Counted from the stretch's first letter, positions 8,794 to 20,575 are shown. The stretch: 39,691 nt of DNA from Halobacteriales archaeon QS_9_67_15 (GCA_003023165.1 PXSD01000072.1:1-39691), one strand, 5' to 3'. Program-made: numbers and translations. Notes: generated by a model not told the origin, from the letters alone.

Positions 8794-10722
8794 ATGAACT
8801 GGCAGTCGACGCCGTACACGGTCCCGCTGGTGCTCGCAGCTATCGTCGCAGTCGCGAGTACGGTCGCCGTCGGACGCGACCGGGAGAGCCCAGCCGAGAC
8901 GTGGGCGACGGGTGTCCAGGCGTTGGTTCTCGCCTGGATCCTCGTCAACCTCGTGGTGCTGTCGGCGAGGACGTTCGACCTGAAGATGGCGGCGCTGACG
9001 CTCGTCGTTCCAGTAACGAGCGCGCTCGCCGTCACGGTGTTCGGGTTCACACTGTACTACACTGGCCGCGGAACGTCACTCACGACCTGGCGAAAGGCTG
9101 CCCTACTCGGGTTCCCGCTCGTCTCGGCAGCGATCAGCGTCACGAACGGGTATCACGGACTGGTCTTCGCCGATCCGCACCTCGAGACCGGCGGCTCGTT
9201 CGTTCAGGTGACCTACGAGTGGGGACCCGGGTTTCTCGCTATCGCAGCGGTGAGTTACCTGCTCATGGGCTCGTACTGTGTGCTGCTCGCGCAGAAAGTC
9301 CGCCACTCCCGCAACGTCTACCGGGCCAAGGCCGCGGTGGTGTTGGGTTCGATCCTGGTCCTGTCGGGCGCGACGGTCGCGTCGACGCTCGGGATCAGCC
9401 CAACCCCCCACTACACGCTACTGCCGTTGATTTACCTCTTCGTCGGAGTCGTCCTCGTGCTGGCGACTGTCAGCCTCCGGTTCGTGCGACTGCTCCCGAC
9501 CCAGCGCGTAGCCGGAGTGCTCGACGGGAGCGACGGAGACATCGTCCCGCTGGCCCGCGACATGGTGACCGAACAGATCGACAATGGTATCGTCGTCTTG
9601 GACGCCGAGGGTCACGTCGTCGACGCCAACCCGACGGGCAAATCGATACTCGGCGTGGACCGGGCCATCGGGCGCTCCGTCTCAGATATCGTCGACGCCG
9701 ACCTGATAGACGAGGAGAGCGACCTCTACGACATCGTCCAGGACGAGTGTCTGTTGCGAGAGCTGCGCGAGGAGGTGTGGGTCGCGATGCCGGGCGGTGA
9801 CCGCTGTTACGACCTGTCGATCAGTTCGCTCGACGACGGCGAGGGAGACATCGTCGGATACGTCGTGCTGATCTACGACATCACGAGACAGAAGCGTCGC
9901 GAGCAACAACTCGAACGCCGGACCGAGGCCCTCCAGCGCGAGACGGCGAAGCTCCAGCACCAGAACGAACGCCTCGACGAGTTCGCGAGCATTATCTCTC
10001 ATGACCTCCGGAACCCCCTCAACGTCGCAACCGGACGGCTCGCCCACGCGAGCCAGGGCCTCGACGGACCGGACGATACGACCGTGATCGACGGGGAGGC
10101 CGTTGAAGCGATAGAGCGGTCGCACCGACGTATCGAACGCATCGTCGAGGACACGCTCACGCTCGCCCGCGAAGGGAAAGTGATCACCGAGACGGAGCCG
10201 GTCTCACTCGAGGACACCGCCAGTGAGGCGTGGGCCAACGTCGAGACCCCGGAGGGAACGCTCGTCGTCGAGACGGACGAGACCATCGAAGGGGACCGCG
10301 GTCGGCTCCTCACGCTCTTCGAGAACCTCTTCCGAAATGCCGTCGAGCACGGCGACGCCGATGTCGTCGTCTGCGTGGAGTCACTGGAAGACCGCGCAGG
10401 ATTCGCCGTCGCCGACAATGGCCCGGGGATTCCGGACGACCAGAAGGAAGACGTCTTCACGTACGGGTTCTCGACGAACGACGAGGGCACGGGGCTCGGC
10501 CTCTCGATCGTGAGCGATATCGTCGCTGCCCACGGGTGGCAGATCGAGGTGACCAACACCGTGGACGACAGCGCCGCCAGCGACGACTCGCAGAGCGGAG
10601 ACGGTATCCAAGGGACGAGATTCGAAATCACCGGCCTCGACACGCCTGTCTCGTCCAGTCAGAAATCGGAATCGGGTGTTCACGGCGGCGACGAGGAGTG
10701 CAGCGGCGGCATGTGCGGCTAA
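8794..10722 (+). CDS. Sensor histidine kinase (N-terminal 7TM, PAS, HisKA, HATPase_c)
   Basis: Seven hydrophobic segments, PAS-like GIVVLDAEG..DAN, H-box SHDLRNPL, N-box ENLFRNAVEH, DNGPG, GTGLGL. Confidence 0.93.
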   Translation: MNWQSTPYTVPLVLAAIVAVASTVAVGRDRESPAETWATGVQALVLAWILVNLVVLSARTFDLKMAALTLVVPVTSALAVTVFGFTLYYTGRGTSLTTWRKAALLGFPLVSAAISVTNGYHGLVFADPHLETGGSFVQVTYEWGPGFLAIAAVSYLLMGSYCVLLAQKVRHSRNVYRAKAAVVLGSILVLSGATVASTLGISPTPHYTLLPLIYLFVGVVLVLATVSLRFVRLLPTQRVAGVLDGSDGDIVPLARDMVTEQIDNGIVVLDAEGHVVDANPTGKSILGVDRAIGRSVSDIVDADLIDEESDLYDIVQDECLLRELREEVWVAMPGGDRCYDLSISSLDDGEGDIVGYVVLIYDITRQKRREQQLERRTEALQRETAKLQHQNERLDEFASIISHDLRNPLNVATGRLAHASQGLDGPDDTTVIDGEAVEAIERSHRRIERIVEDTLTLAREGKVITETEPVSLEDTASEAWANVETPEGTLVVETDETIEGDRGRLLTLFENLFRNAVEHGDADVVVCVESLEDRAGFAVADNGPGIPDDQKEDVFTYGFSTNDEGTGLGLSIVSDIVAAHGWQIEVTNTVDDSAASDDSQSGDGIQGTRFEITGLDTPVSSSQKSESGVHGGDEECSGGMCG

Positions 10723-10893
10723 CTGAGTCACGAAATTGTCGATTTCCGGGCCTGGTTGACCTGGTATCCACTCCCGCTCGACCGCATCGCCGTCTCGCGA
10801 GTGCCGCCCGACGGCTAGTGGGTATCGGTCCGCACGCGGCACCATACCTTCATAAAAATACGCAATAAAAAGGCAGGTGGAGGAGTCAGCCCG

Positions 10894-12495
<1,602 letters not shown>

Positions 12496-12575
12496 TGAGA
12501 ACGCACGTCGCTGGAGTCGATAGCCGTCTCAGAGCGGCGAGCATTTATAAACTATCCCGGGACTATCTCGCCGCA

Positions 12576-13814
12576 ATGGAGACTCTCGGTGCGCGCGTCG
12601 TCTTCGACCCCGGTGAGACGCTGCTATTTTTCGGTTTCGTCGCGGGCGGCGTGGCACTGGGGACTGTCAGCGGGCTGACGCCGGGTATCCACGCCAACAC
12701 GTTCGCGCTCCTGCTCGCGGGCGTCGCGCCGTCGGTGCCTGGTCCGGTTCGGTTCGTCGGCGCTGCGATGCTCGCCGCCGGGACCGTCCACACCTTCCTC
12801 GATGTCGTGCCCGCGCTGGCGCTCGGGGTTCCCGACCCCGCGATGGCCAGTTCGGCGTTGCCGGGCCACCAGCTGGTCCTGGCCGGGCAGGGACGCGAGG
12901 CGATACGGCTGTCCGCGCTCGGCAGTGCAGGCGCAGTGGTGCTCGCGGTCCCGCTCGCAGTCCCGATGACTCGCGCGATGACAGCGGTGTATCCGACGCT
13001 GTTAGCGAACCTGTCGCTGGTGCTCGGGGCAGTCGTCGTCGCGCTCATCGCCACGGAGGCGACGAACCGCGGTCGCGTCGGTGCGGCGCTGTCGGTCCTC
13101 GCGAGCGGCGGGCTCGGCGTCGCCGCGCTCGACCTCCCCGCTGGCGGACTCGTGGCGTCCGGTGGGATGCTCGCTCCGCTGTTCACCGGGCTGTTCGGTG
13201 GGCCGGTGTTGCTCGACGCGCTCACGGGTGAAGGCGTACCCGCACAGGAGGAGCCGCGAGTGACGGTCTCGCGGCGGGCAGTCGCAGGACTCGCGTCGCT
13301 CGGCACCGTCGCGGGTGCCGTCGTAGGCTACGTCCCCGGCGTCTCCAGCGCGATCGCCGCGACTGCCGCGTTGCTCGCCGTCCCGGACGGCGGACCGCGC
13401 GGGTTCGTCGTGACCACCAGCGGCGTCAACACCGCCAACACGATCTTCGCGCTTTTGGCACTGGTCACGCTCGGGACGCCGCGAACGGGCGTGATGGTCG
13501 CAGTCCAGGAGGCCGGTGTACCGCTCGACCTGCCCGTCCTGCTCGGGAGCGTGCTCGCGGCCGCCGCGGCCGGGTTCGTCCTGGTCGTCGCAGTCGGCGA
13601 CAGCTACCTCAGATGGGTCGGCAGGGCGAACTACACGAAGCTATCGGTGGGCGTCCTCTGTCTGATCGTGGTCGTCGTCGGCGTACTGACCGGGCCGCTC
13701 GGTATCGGTGTGTTCGCCGTCTCGACGGTAGTGGGGTTGATTCCGGTTCGATTCCAGGCTCGGCGGGCCGCTCTCATGGGCGTGTTGCTGGTCCCGCTGA
13801 TACTCGGCGGGTAG
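12576..13814 (+). CDS. Tripartite tricarboxylate transporter permease (archaeal TctA/DUF112-like)
   Basis: SGLTPGIHAN, HTFLDVVP..LGVPD, LPGH..G.GREA. Highly hydrophobic. TTTATAA at 12544-12550. Confidence 0.85.
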   Translation: METLGARVVFDPGETLLFFGFVAGGVALGTVSGLTPGIHANTFALLLAGVAPSVPGPVRFVGAAMLAAGTVHTFLDVVPALALGVPDPAMASSALPGHQLVLAGQGREAIRLSALGSAGAVVLAVPLAVPMTRAMTAVYPTLLANLSLVLGAVVVALIATEATNRGRVGAALSVLASGGLGVAALDLPAGGLVASGGMLAPLFTGLFGGPVLLDALTGEGVPAQEEPRVTVSRRAVAGLASLGTVAGAVVGYVPGVSSAIAATAALLAVPDGGPRGFVVTTSGVNTANTIFALLALVTLGTPRTGVMVAVQEAGVPLDLPVLLGSVLAAAAAGFVLVVAVGDSYLRWVGRANYTKLSVGVLCLIVVVVGVLTGPLGIGVFAVSTVVGLIPVRFQARRAALMGVLLVPLILGG

Positions 13815-13823
13815 TGAACTGGG

Positions 13824-14134
13824 CCAAATGTAGTCCTCGCGGCCGAAGTAGCCGAGCACGAGCAGGGCGACGGCGAACATCCCGATCATGACCGCGCGCG
13901 GTAGCCGTACCTCCGACCGAGTTCGGGCATGTTGTACGGGCTGTCGGCGAAGTTCATGCCGTAGACGCCGACGACGAAGGTGAGCGGGATGAAGACGGTC
14001 GCGACGACGGTGAGCACTTTCATCACCTCGTCGGTCGACTGCGAGACGGTGTTGAGGTAGATGTCGCGTGCTCCCGAGGCGAGGTCGTCGTACTCGGTGA
14101 CCTCGTTCGCGCGATAGACGAGCGCGGTCGTCAC
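13824..14134 (-). pseudogene. corA: CorA Mg2+/Co2+ transporter, collapsed by a large internal deletion plus a frameshift
   Basis: N-terminal MTTALVY..TEYDDL is fused directly to [42 protein letters not shown] (GMN motif). A frameshift near 13895 separates the last TM helix [15 protein letters not shown]. Confidence 0.88.
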
Positions 14135-14156
14135 GGCGACGCCTCCGATTCGGTGT

Positions 14157-14330
14157 TCAGCCGATGGCCGCGAGTGTGACCCCGACTATCACGCCGGTGA
14201 CGGCGAAGCCCCGTCCCGGATACGCCGCGACGATCCCGATCAGGTGCCCCACCAGCCCCAGCGCGGTCAGCCCGAGCTCCGGCGAAGGTCCCGCCCGATG
14301 ACCGCGAACGTCAAAAACGTAGGCGACGCC
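14157..14330 (-). pseudogene. Small membrane protein or remnant (AYPGR-type), N-terminus unclear
   Basis: [39 protein letters not shown]. No clean start codon at the expected distance from the TATA-like TTTTT near 14370. Confidence 0.4.
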
Positions 14331-14509
14331 GACGTCTGTCTCGGCCGGTCGTGTCGCTCGACCGGGGAAAAAGCACTTACCGGGTCCGGCTGTCCCCCCG
14401 GTCATGGTCCACTGCCCTGAATGCGAGGGAGAGATATAGTAGAATTTGAAAGCGTTTGCACGGTCGACCGCACGCAGTCTAGTCGGTCCCCTACCTCCGC
14501 TGTCGGTCG

Positions 14510-15157
14510 TCAGGACGGCGGATGACGGAGTCCGGCGAGCAGCGCGTCAACCCGGGAGCGCTCGTCAAGTCGCTCGGGGTGCACCGCGACGACGACGACG
14601 TAGTCGCCGTCGTGTTCGACGGTCGCGAGGTGGACAGTGACGTTAGCCTCCGTCCCGTTCAGCGACCGGGTAGCGCCGTACGTCGAGACGGTCCGCTCGC
14701 CGTCGAGGAACTCGACGGAGCGGTTCGACTCGAACTCGACGTTCGAGTCCCCCGACGTGGAGTCGACGAGCCGTCGGATCAGCCGTTCGGTCGACCACTC
14801 GTCGACGGGGTTGACCGAGCGGCCGCCGACCGTCGGAGACGGCGTCGTGTATACGGTCATCCGGGCGAAGTCGCCCTCGAGGCTCGGTGCCACCGACACC
14901 GTACGGTTGTACCGTCTGACCTCGCTCGACAGGGTGACCTCGCGCGTCTGACCGCCCGCCGTGACGTTCAGCGTCCGGTTCGGCGACTCGCTACCGGCCA
15001 TTCGATACTCCGTCTCCGCGAGCGTCTCGTCGTCGACTTCCGTCGCGTTCGCCGCGAACTCCAGGGGTTGGTCCCCGGTGAGAAACCCAAGACACCCTGC
15101 ACTCCCTAACAGGACGACGAACGATACTCCGATACCGAGCGCGCGTAACCGAACCAT
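14510..15157 (-). CDS. Haloarchaeal lipoprotein (DUF6517-like)
   Basis: Signal peptide with lipobox SAGC, then LGFLTGDQPLEF...HDGDYVVVVAVHP. Confidence 0.75.
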   Translation of the reverse strand: MVRLRALGIGVSFVVLLGSAGCLGFLTGDQPLEFAANATEVDDETLAETEYRMAGSESPNRTLNVTAGGQTREVTLSSEVRRYNRTVSVAPSLEGDFARMTVYTTPSPTVGGRSVNPVDEWSTERLIRRLVDSTSGDSNVEFESNRSVEFLDGERTVSTYGATRSLNGTEANVTVHLATVEHDGDYVVVVAVHPERLDERSRVDALLAGLRHPPS

Positions 15158-15259
15158 ACCCAGACGTTGCGACGACCAGTGATAAAGCCGCGGTCAGTCC
15201 GGATCGAACTGCCGTCGAGTCAGAGCAGTCCACCGTCGGTTCTCCGGACCGGTTCGTGG

Positions 15260-16750
15260 TCATTCGAATCGATACGTCGGTCCGTCGTCGCTGTCTTCGA
15301 CTTCGACGCCGATCTCGTCGAGCCGGTCGCGGAGTTCGTCCGCGCGCTCGTAGTTGCCGGCCTCGCGTTCCCGCTCCCGGAGGTCGAGGACGAGGTCGAC
15401 CAGGTCTTCGGCGACGCGGATCCCGCCGCCGTCGGGACCGCCGAACGAGAGGCCGAACACGCCGCCGCTCAGTTCCTCGAACGCGTCGATGGCCCGTTTG
15501 AGCGCCGGGAAGTCGTAGCGGTCGCGCTCGTCGGCGTGGGCGTTGACCGCCGAGGCGAGGTCGAGGAGCGCGGCCATTGCCTCCCGGGTGTTGAGGTCGT
15601 CGTTCATCGCCGCCTCGAAGTCGGCGCGCGCCACGTCGACGGCCTCGCGCAACTCCGTGTCGACGGCGTCGGTCGTCGAGTAGGCGTCCACGCTGTCGGC
15701 GGCCTCGACCGCTCGCTCGTAGCCCCGTTCCAGCCGTTCCCACCGCTTCTCGGCCTCGGCGAGCGTCTCCTCTGAGAACGTCGGGTCCGCGGAGTAGACC
15801 GTCGAGAGGAAAAAGGTCCGGAGTACGTCGACGCCGAACTCCTCGATGGCCGCGCGGGCGGTGGTGAAGTTCTGCAGACTCGAACTCATCTTCTCGTCGC
15901 CCACTTGGACCATCCCGGTGTGGAGCCAGTAGTTCGAGAACGGCTGGCCGGTCGCGCACTCGCTCTGGGCGATCTCGTTCTCGTTGTGCGGGAACACGAG
16001 GTCCGACCCGGCGACGTGGATGTCGAAGGTCTCGCCGAGGGGCGTCGTCGACATCGCCGAGCACTCGATGTGCCAGCCGGGACGGCCCTCGCCCCACGGG
16101 GAGTCCCACGTCTGTGCCTGCGCGGCGGCCGCCTCGGCCGGTGCCGCCTCGTCGTGACGATGCTCCTCGATGTCTTCGGGGTCGACGCCACCGACCTTCC
16201 AGAGCGCGAAGTCGGCGGGGTTGCGCTTCTCCGCGCGCTCGCGCTCGTCGCCCTGGGCCTGTGAGTCCTCTATCTCCTGGTTCGAGAGTTTCCCGTAGTC
16301 GTCGGCGGCGGTCACGTCGAAGTAGACCGAGCCGTTAGACTCGTAGGCGTAGCCTTCCTCGACGAGCGTCTCGACCATCGCGAGTATCTCGTCGATGTGT
16401 TCGGAGACGCGAGGGAAGACGTCGGCGCGCTTGAGATGCAGCGCGCGCATGTCCTCGAGGAACGACTGGGTGTAGTGTCGGGCGACGTCGGCTTCGTCCT
16501 CGCCGACCTCGCCGACGCGGGCGACGACCTTCTCGCTCACGTCGGTGAAGTTCTCGACGTGGCGCACGTCATAGCCGAGGTACTCGAGCCACCGGTGGAT
16601 CACGTCGGTGTGAGTCCACGTGCGGGCGTGGCCGACGTGGGCCGGGTCCGAGGTCGTCAGGCCGCAGAGATAGAGCAGGACTTCGTCGTCGTTCACCGGC
16701 TCGAAGACCTCGCGCTCGCCCGTGAGCGTGTTCGTCACCTGAAGCGTCAT
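15260..16750 (-). CDS. cysS: Cysteine-tRNA ligase
   Basis: [46 protein letters not shown], anticodon domain ADELRDRL. Start MTLQVTNTL at 16750. Confidence 0.95.
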   Translation of the reverse strand: MTLQVTNTLTGEREVFEPVNDDEVLLYLCGLTTSDPAHVGHARTWTHTDVIHRWLEYLGYDVRHVENFTDVSEKVVARVGEVGEDEADVARHYTQSFLEDMRALHLKRADVFPRVSEHIDEILAMVETLVEEGYAYESNGSVYFDVTAADDYGKLSNQEIEDSQAQGDERERAEKRNPADFALWKVGGVDPEDIEEHRHDEAAPAEAAAAQAQTWDSPWGEGRPGWHIECSAMSTTPLGETFDIHVAGSDLVFPHNENEIAQSECATGQPFSNYWLHTGMVQVGDEKMSSSLQNFTTARAAIEEFGVDVLRTFFLSTVYSADPTFSEETLAEAEKRWERLERGYERAVEAADSVDAYSTTDAVDTELREAVDVARADFEAAMNDDLNTREAMAALLDLASAVNAHADERDRYDFPALKRAIDAFEELSGGVFGLSFGGPDGGGIRVAEDLVDLVLDLREREREAGNYERADELRDRLDEIGVEVEDSDDGPTYRFE

Positions 16751-16837
16751 TACCGGATGCTGTCGGCGGGCGCGTTTCAATCCGTCGGATACCTGTCGAT
16801 CCGTCCCACGGTCGTCGACCCGACCGACGCTTCCCAC

Positions 16838-17202
16838 TCACCCCGCGAGCGCGTCCTCGACCGCCCGGAGCGCGTCCGGCCCGTCACGTTGCCCGACGAC
16901 GACCACGAGCGACTCGCCGCCGACGGCGGCTCGAGCGCGAGGTCGCCGACGGCGAGGAGCGCGTCGGCGGGCTCGCCGTCGCCGAGACCGCGCTGCATGT
17001 TCACCGGCGGGCCGGAGCCCGGACGTTCGTAGTCTGGCAGGTCCTCGGCGAAACGGCGGAGGGCGGCGATGACAGCGTCAGTCTCGCCGTCGACGTCGAG
17101 GAAGCGGGCGGCCGCGCTGTAGTTGACCACGCCCGCGCGGAGCGCGTCGTAGAGGAACGGGTGGCGGCGCACGGCCTCGCGGGTGTCTGCGGCGAGCGTC
17201 AT
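16838..17202 (-). pseudogene. Conserved haloarchaeal protein (ALRAGVVNY family), internally deleted and frameshifted
   Basis: MTLAADTREAVRRHPFLYDALRAGVVNYSAAARFL...LALEP switches frame near 16930 to AAVGGESLVVVVGQRDGPDALRAVEDALAG*. The 365-nt span is not a multiple of 3. Confidence 0.7.
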
Positions 17203-17328
17203 ACCCACCGGATGGGCACCGGGTGCGAAAAATCTCCCGGAGCGGGTGGCGGCACGGTCCAGTTGACCGGCCCGCGCTCGGCGACGGCCAACGACACCCC
17301 TAAGGAGCGGTTTTCCCTACCGGGGAGT

Positions 17329-18170
17329 ATGGAAGCGCTCGTCATCGTCGCCCACGGGTCGCATCTCAACGCCGGGTCGAGTGCACCGACGTTCGACCAC
17401 GCCGACACCATCCGCGCGACCGGCGCGTCGTCCCGCTGTTCGTCTCGGAAGGGTATTTCACGGAGGAGGTCATCCCTCGCGAACTCCGCCTCGACGACTG
17501 GGACCCCGACGCGTGGGACTCCGACGGCACCAGCGCCACCCACGCGACGCTCCGACCGACCGACGTGGACAAGACGGTCCACTACTGCGGCCCCGTCGGG
17601 ACGCACGAGGCGATGAGCGACGTGATCGTCCGGCGCGCCGAGTCGGTGACCGGCGACCCGGACGTGGGCGAGGGGTTCGGGCTCGCCGTCGTCGGCCACG
17701 GGACCGAGCGCAACGAGAACTCGGCGAAGGCCATCGAGTACCACGCCGACCGCATCGGCGAGATGGACCGCTTCGACGAGGTGAAGGCGCTGTTCATGGA
17801 CGAGGACCCCGAGGTCGACGACGTGACCGACTTCTTCGGGAGCGAGGACAGCGAGGCGCAAAGCGCCTCGGAACGGTCGAGCGAGCACGGCCCGCGAGAC
17901 ATCGTGGTCGTCCCGCTGTTCATCGCCGACGGCTACCACACCCAGGAGGACATCCCCGAGGACATGGACCTGACCGACGACTACCGCACCGGCTGGAACA
18001 CCCCCACCGAAGTCGAGGGATACCGGATCTGGTACTCCGGTGCGGTCGGGACCGAGCCGCTGATGGCCGACGTGGTACTGGAGCGAGCGGCCGACGCCGG
18101 CGCCGACGTGTCGAATGCCGTCGAGCGCGTCCGCGCAGAGACCGGCGGCACTGGGCCAGCCGACGACTGA
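17329..18170 (+). pseudogene. CbiX/SirB-type chelatase-like protein, internally deleted and frameshifted
   Basis: MEALVIVAHGSH...IRATGA joins out of frame near 17427 to VVPLFVSEGYFT...VVGHGTERN...VPLFIADGYHT. 842-nt span. The F..EEP segment present in domain 2 is missing from domain 1. Confidence 0.8.
17850..17900 (+). repeat. 51-bp in-frame palindromic insertion (SEAQSASERSSEHGPRD)
   Basis: Perfect hairpin cgaggcgc-aaa-gcgcctcg at 17852-17870, followed by an imperfect second hairpin. Flanked by gac on both sides. Confidence 0.7.
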
Positions 18171-18263
18171 GACGGATTATTGTAGATTATTTCCGGATTG
18201 CGCCGACCCCGGAGGCGGCGCGTACCGGTACATCGCTACAATAATCCGTATGAGAGGGGCGCA
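18167..18263 (+). mobile_element. 97-bp palindromic MITE/REP-like element, copy A
   Basis: 14-bp inverted arms acggattattgtag (18172-18185) and ctacaataatccgt (18236-18249). 87/97 identical without gaps to the reverse complement of 28571-28667. Confidence 0.8.
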
Positions 18264-18485
18264 CACCGATTGCGAAGGCGTTCGGAACCCCCGATCGACT
18301 GACGGCCACTTCGGGCGCAGGCGCGTCGGCGACCTGAGCGAGGCGGTCGGGCATGTCCGAGATGAGTTTCCGCCGACAGTATACGTTTTCCGGTCGGAGG
18401 GCCGGCGGTCGCTGGGGCCGGACCGTCGAGGTGTGACTGACCGCCGACGAACGGCTTTATTCGGACTCGGTTCTTCGCTCCGGGT

Positions 18486-19658
18486 ATGAACGCCGCAGTG
18501 GACGCGACGCAGGTGGCGGCGCTCGCGGAGGCCGCCGCGGACGGCATCGAGTTCGACGGGTTCGCGGTCGAGACCGAAGGCGACGGGTACGTCCTCGCGA
18601 CGGACGCGGGCTCCAAGCGGGTCGTCCACGCCGACGACCTCAACGACGCCGCCGCCGAGTACGCCCCGTACCTGACGAACTGGTACTTCTGGCACGCGAC
18701 GGCCCCGCAGGCCGAGGACCGCTGGGCGTACCTCCGCTGGCTCGAACGCGCCGACGACGAGCGAGTGCCGGACCGCTACGACGCGCTGGCGGCCGGAGTC
18801 ACTCGCGAGTGGGGGCAGCTCCGCGTGACCGTCACCGCCGACGAGACCGGGGCGCGCCGCTACGAACTCAGGCACGTCGACGACGCCGACACCGACGCCG
18901 CCGACCTGACGGCTCACGACGACCCGCTGGACGCCCGCCGGATCGCGAAACACGACGACCGCGACCGGTACCGGCCGCTCAAGACCGCCCCGACCCTCCG
19001 GACGGGCTGGCGCTTCGCCGACCTCGGTCCGGCCGAGGCGGTGCGCGCCGTCGAGAGCTTCTACCCCGCGACGGTCACCAACTGGTACCGCGAACGGGAG
19101 GGCGAACTCGATATCTCGCACTGGCGGGAGACGGTCGACCGACAGAGCGGCATCTACGGCGTCGTCAAGACCTGGGACCGCGGCGACGGCTACGAGCACG
19201 TCAACTGGGTCGCCGAGGCGTGCTGTGACGACTCGCAGTGTCTCAAACGTCGCGAGTGGCAGTACGACGACGGGACCGACCTCGATGTCGGCGGTGGAGA
19301 CGGCGAGTTCCCCTGCCGCGAGCCCTGTTCGGTCGTCATCTCGGCCGCGCGGCGCTGGACGAAACTCGAGGGCGAGCAGTCGCGCACCTACGAGTTCGAG
19401 CTCACGCCCAGCGAGAAAGAGCAGGTCGAGGCGGTCGTCGACGCCGTGGCCGACGGGCGCACGGACGAGATCCGCGAGGCCGACGTGTACGAGGGCGCGA
19501 ACCGCTATCGCGCCCGCTTCCTCCGCGCGAAGCGGTTCGACGACGAGGGGAACCTCTCCGGCGTCCCGACCGACCCGGCGGACGACGGGGGCTCCGAGGC
19601 CGACGCGGCGGACGGAGGCGCGGACGCGGACGAGGAGACAGAGGAAGCGAGCGACTAA
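18486..19658 (+). CDS. DR2241 family protein
   Basis: YRPLKTAPTL..GW, FYPAT..NW, RQSGIY, ACCDDSQCLKRREW, FPCREPCS. This is the usual partner of the upstream CbiX-like gene. Confidence 0.85.
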   Translation: MNAAVDATQVAALAEAAADGIEFDGFAVETEGDGYVLATDAGSKRVVHADDLNDAAAEYAPYLTNWYFWHATAPQAEDRWAYLRWLERADDERVPDRYDALAAGVTREWGQLRVTVTADETGARRYELRHVDDADTDAADLTAHDDPLDARRIAKHDDRDRYRPLKTAPTLRTGWRFADLGPAEAVRAVESFYPATVTNWYREREGELDISHWRETVDRQSGIYGVVKTWDRGDGYEHVNWVAEACCDDSQCLKRREWQYDDGTDLDVGGGDGEFPCREPCSVVISAARRWTKLEGEQSRTYEFELTPSEKEQVEAVVDAVADGRTDEIREADVYEGANRYRARFLRAKRFDDEGNLSGVPTDPADDGGSEADAADGGADADEETEEASD

Positions 19659-19679
19659 ACCGAAGAGCGAGCGTCGGCG

Positions 19680-20258
19680 TCAGTCGCCGGTGAGGGCGAT
19701 GTAGATGCCGACGAGGACGCCGACGAGGACGACGAGCGCGCCGGCGACCACCACGACGTCGTCCACTACGAGCGCGACCACGGTCGCGGCGACGAGCGCG
19801 AGGACGCTGAGGATTAGGATGACGAACTCCGGGTTGTCGACGACCGAGGCGAGGCCGGCGCCCCCATCGCCGGAGTCGGGTTCTCTCGGCTGTGGCTCCG
19901 AGAGCGACTCGCCGACTTCGACGGTCTGTTGGGTCTCCTCGGGTTCGGTGACGCGGACGGTGACGTAGCGCGTCTCGGCGCCGTAGGCGGAGGCGATCTT
20001 CAGCGTGCCGGTTGCCTCGCCGGCGCCGTTGACGCTGACGTGGACCGCGCGCTGGCTCTCGCCGTCGACGAAATGGTTGCTGGTCTCGAGCGTCGCGATC
20101 TCCGAGAGGTCGTCTTCGAGGTGGAGATGGACGTGAACCGACTGCCCGTGGTTGACCACGGCGATGTCGAACGACCCGTCCGTCTCGAACGTGTCTGGAA
20201 CCTCCAGTTCGTGGAGACTCCCTCGATTGACGTGGACGGGCAACGTGTCCTCTGGCAC
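19680..20258 (-). CDS. Conserved haloarchaeal protein with C-terminal membrane anchor
   Basis: LPVHVNRGSLH..NHGQSVHVHLHL..two C-terminal TM helices. Acidic composition. Confidence 0.8.
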   Translation of the reverse strand: MPEDTLPVHVNRGSLHELEVPDTFETDGSFDIAVVNHGQSVHVHLHLEDDLSEIATLETSNHFVDGESQRAVHVSVNGAGEATGTLKIASAYGAETRYVTVRVTEPEETQQTVEVGESLSEPQPREPDSGDGGAGLASVVDNPEFVILILSVLALVAATVVALVVDDVVVVAGALVVLVGVLVGIYIALTGD

Positions 20259-20380
20259 GTCCGAGAGTGAGCGTGGACGGTAGAAAAAGGTTCAGGCCGA
20301 ACAAGCGACTCGACGACCCCCGGCGGACCGAGCGGCTCGACGACTCCTGTGGGCACGTCGCGACCGTGACGGCGACGGCC

Positions 20381-20575
20381 TCAGGCCGGGGTTTCCTCGC
20401 GCATGTCCGGCGGCAGCAGGTTCGGGATGCCGTCTTCGATGGGGTAGGACTCCCCGCACTCGGTGCAGGTGAGCGTCCCGCTCAGGATCTCGTCGTCCTC
20501 GCGCTCGGTCACCTCGAGGTCGAGGTCGTGTTTGTCGATCGGACAGCAGATGATGTCCATCAGGTCCTCCTTCAT
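20381..20575 (-). CDS. trm112: Methyltransferase activator Trm112
   Basis: MKEDLMDIICCPIDK...GTLTCTECGESYPIEDGIPNLLPPDM. Confidence 0.92.
   Translation of the reverse strand: MKEDLMDIICCPIDKHDLDLEVTEREDDEILSGTLTCTECGESYPIEDGIPNLLPPDMREETPA

Noticed and set aside
10555-10610. Extra segment in the kinase (VDDSAASDDSQSGDG) as another hairpin insertion
   Set aside because: It contains gacagcg but has no perfect stem-loop; the same applies to the P450 GVEGVDQVSQ loop.
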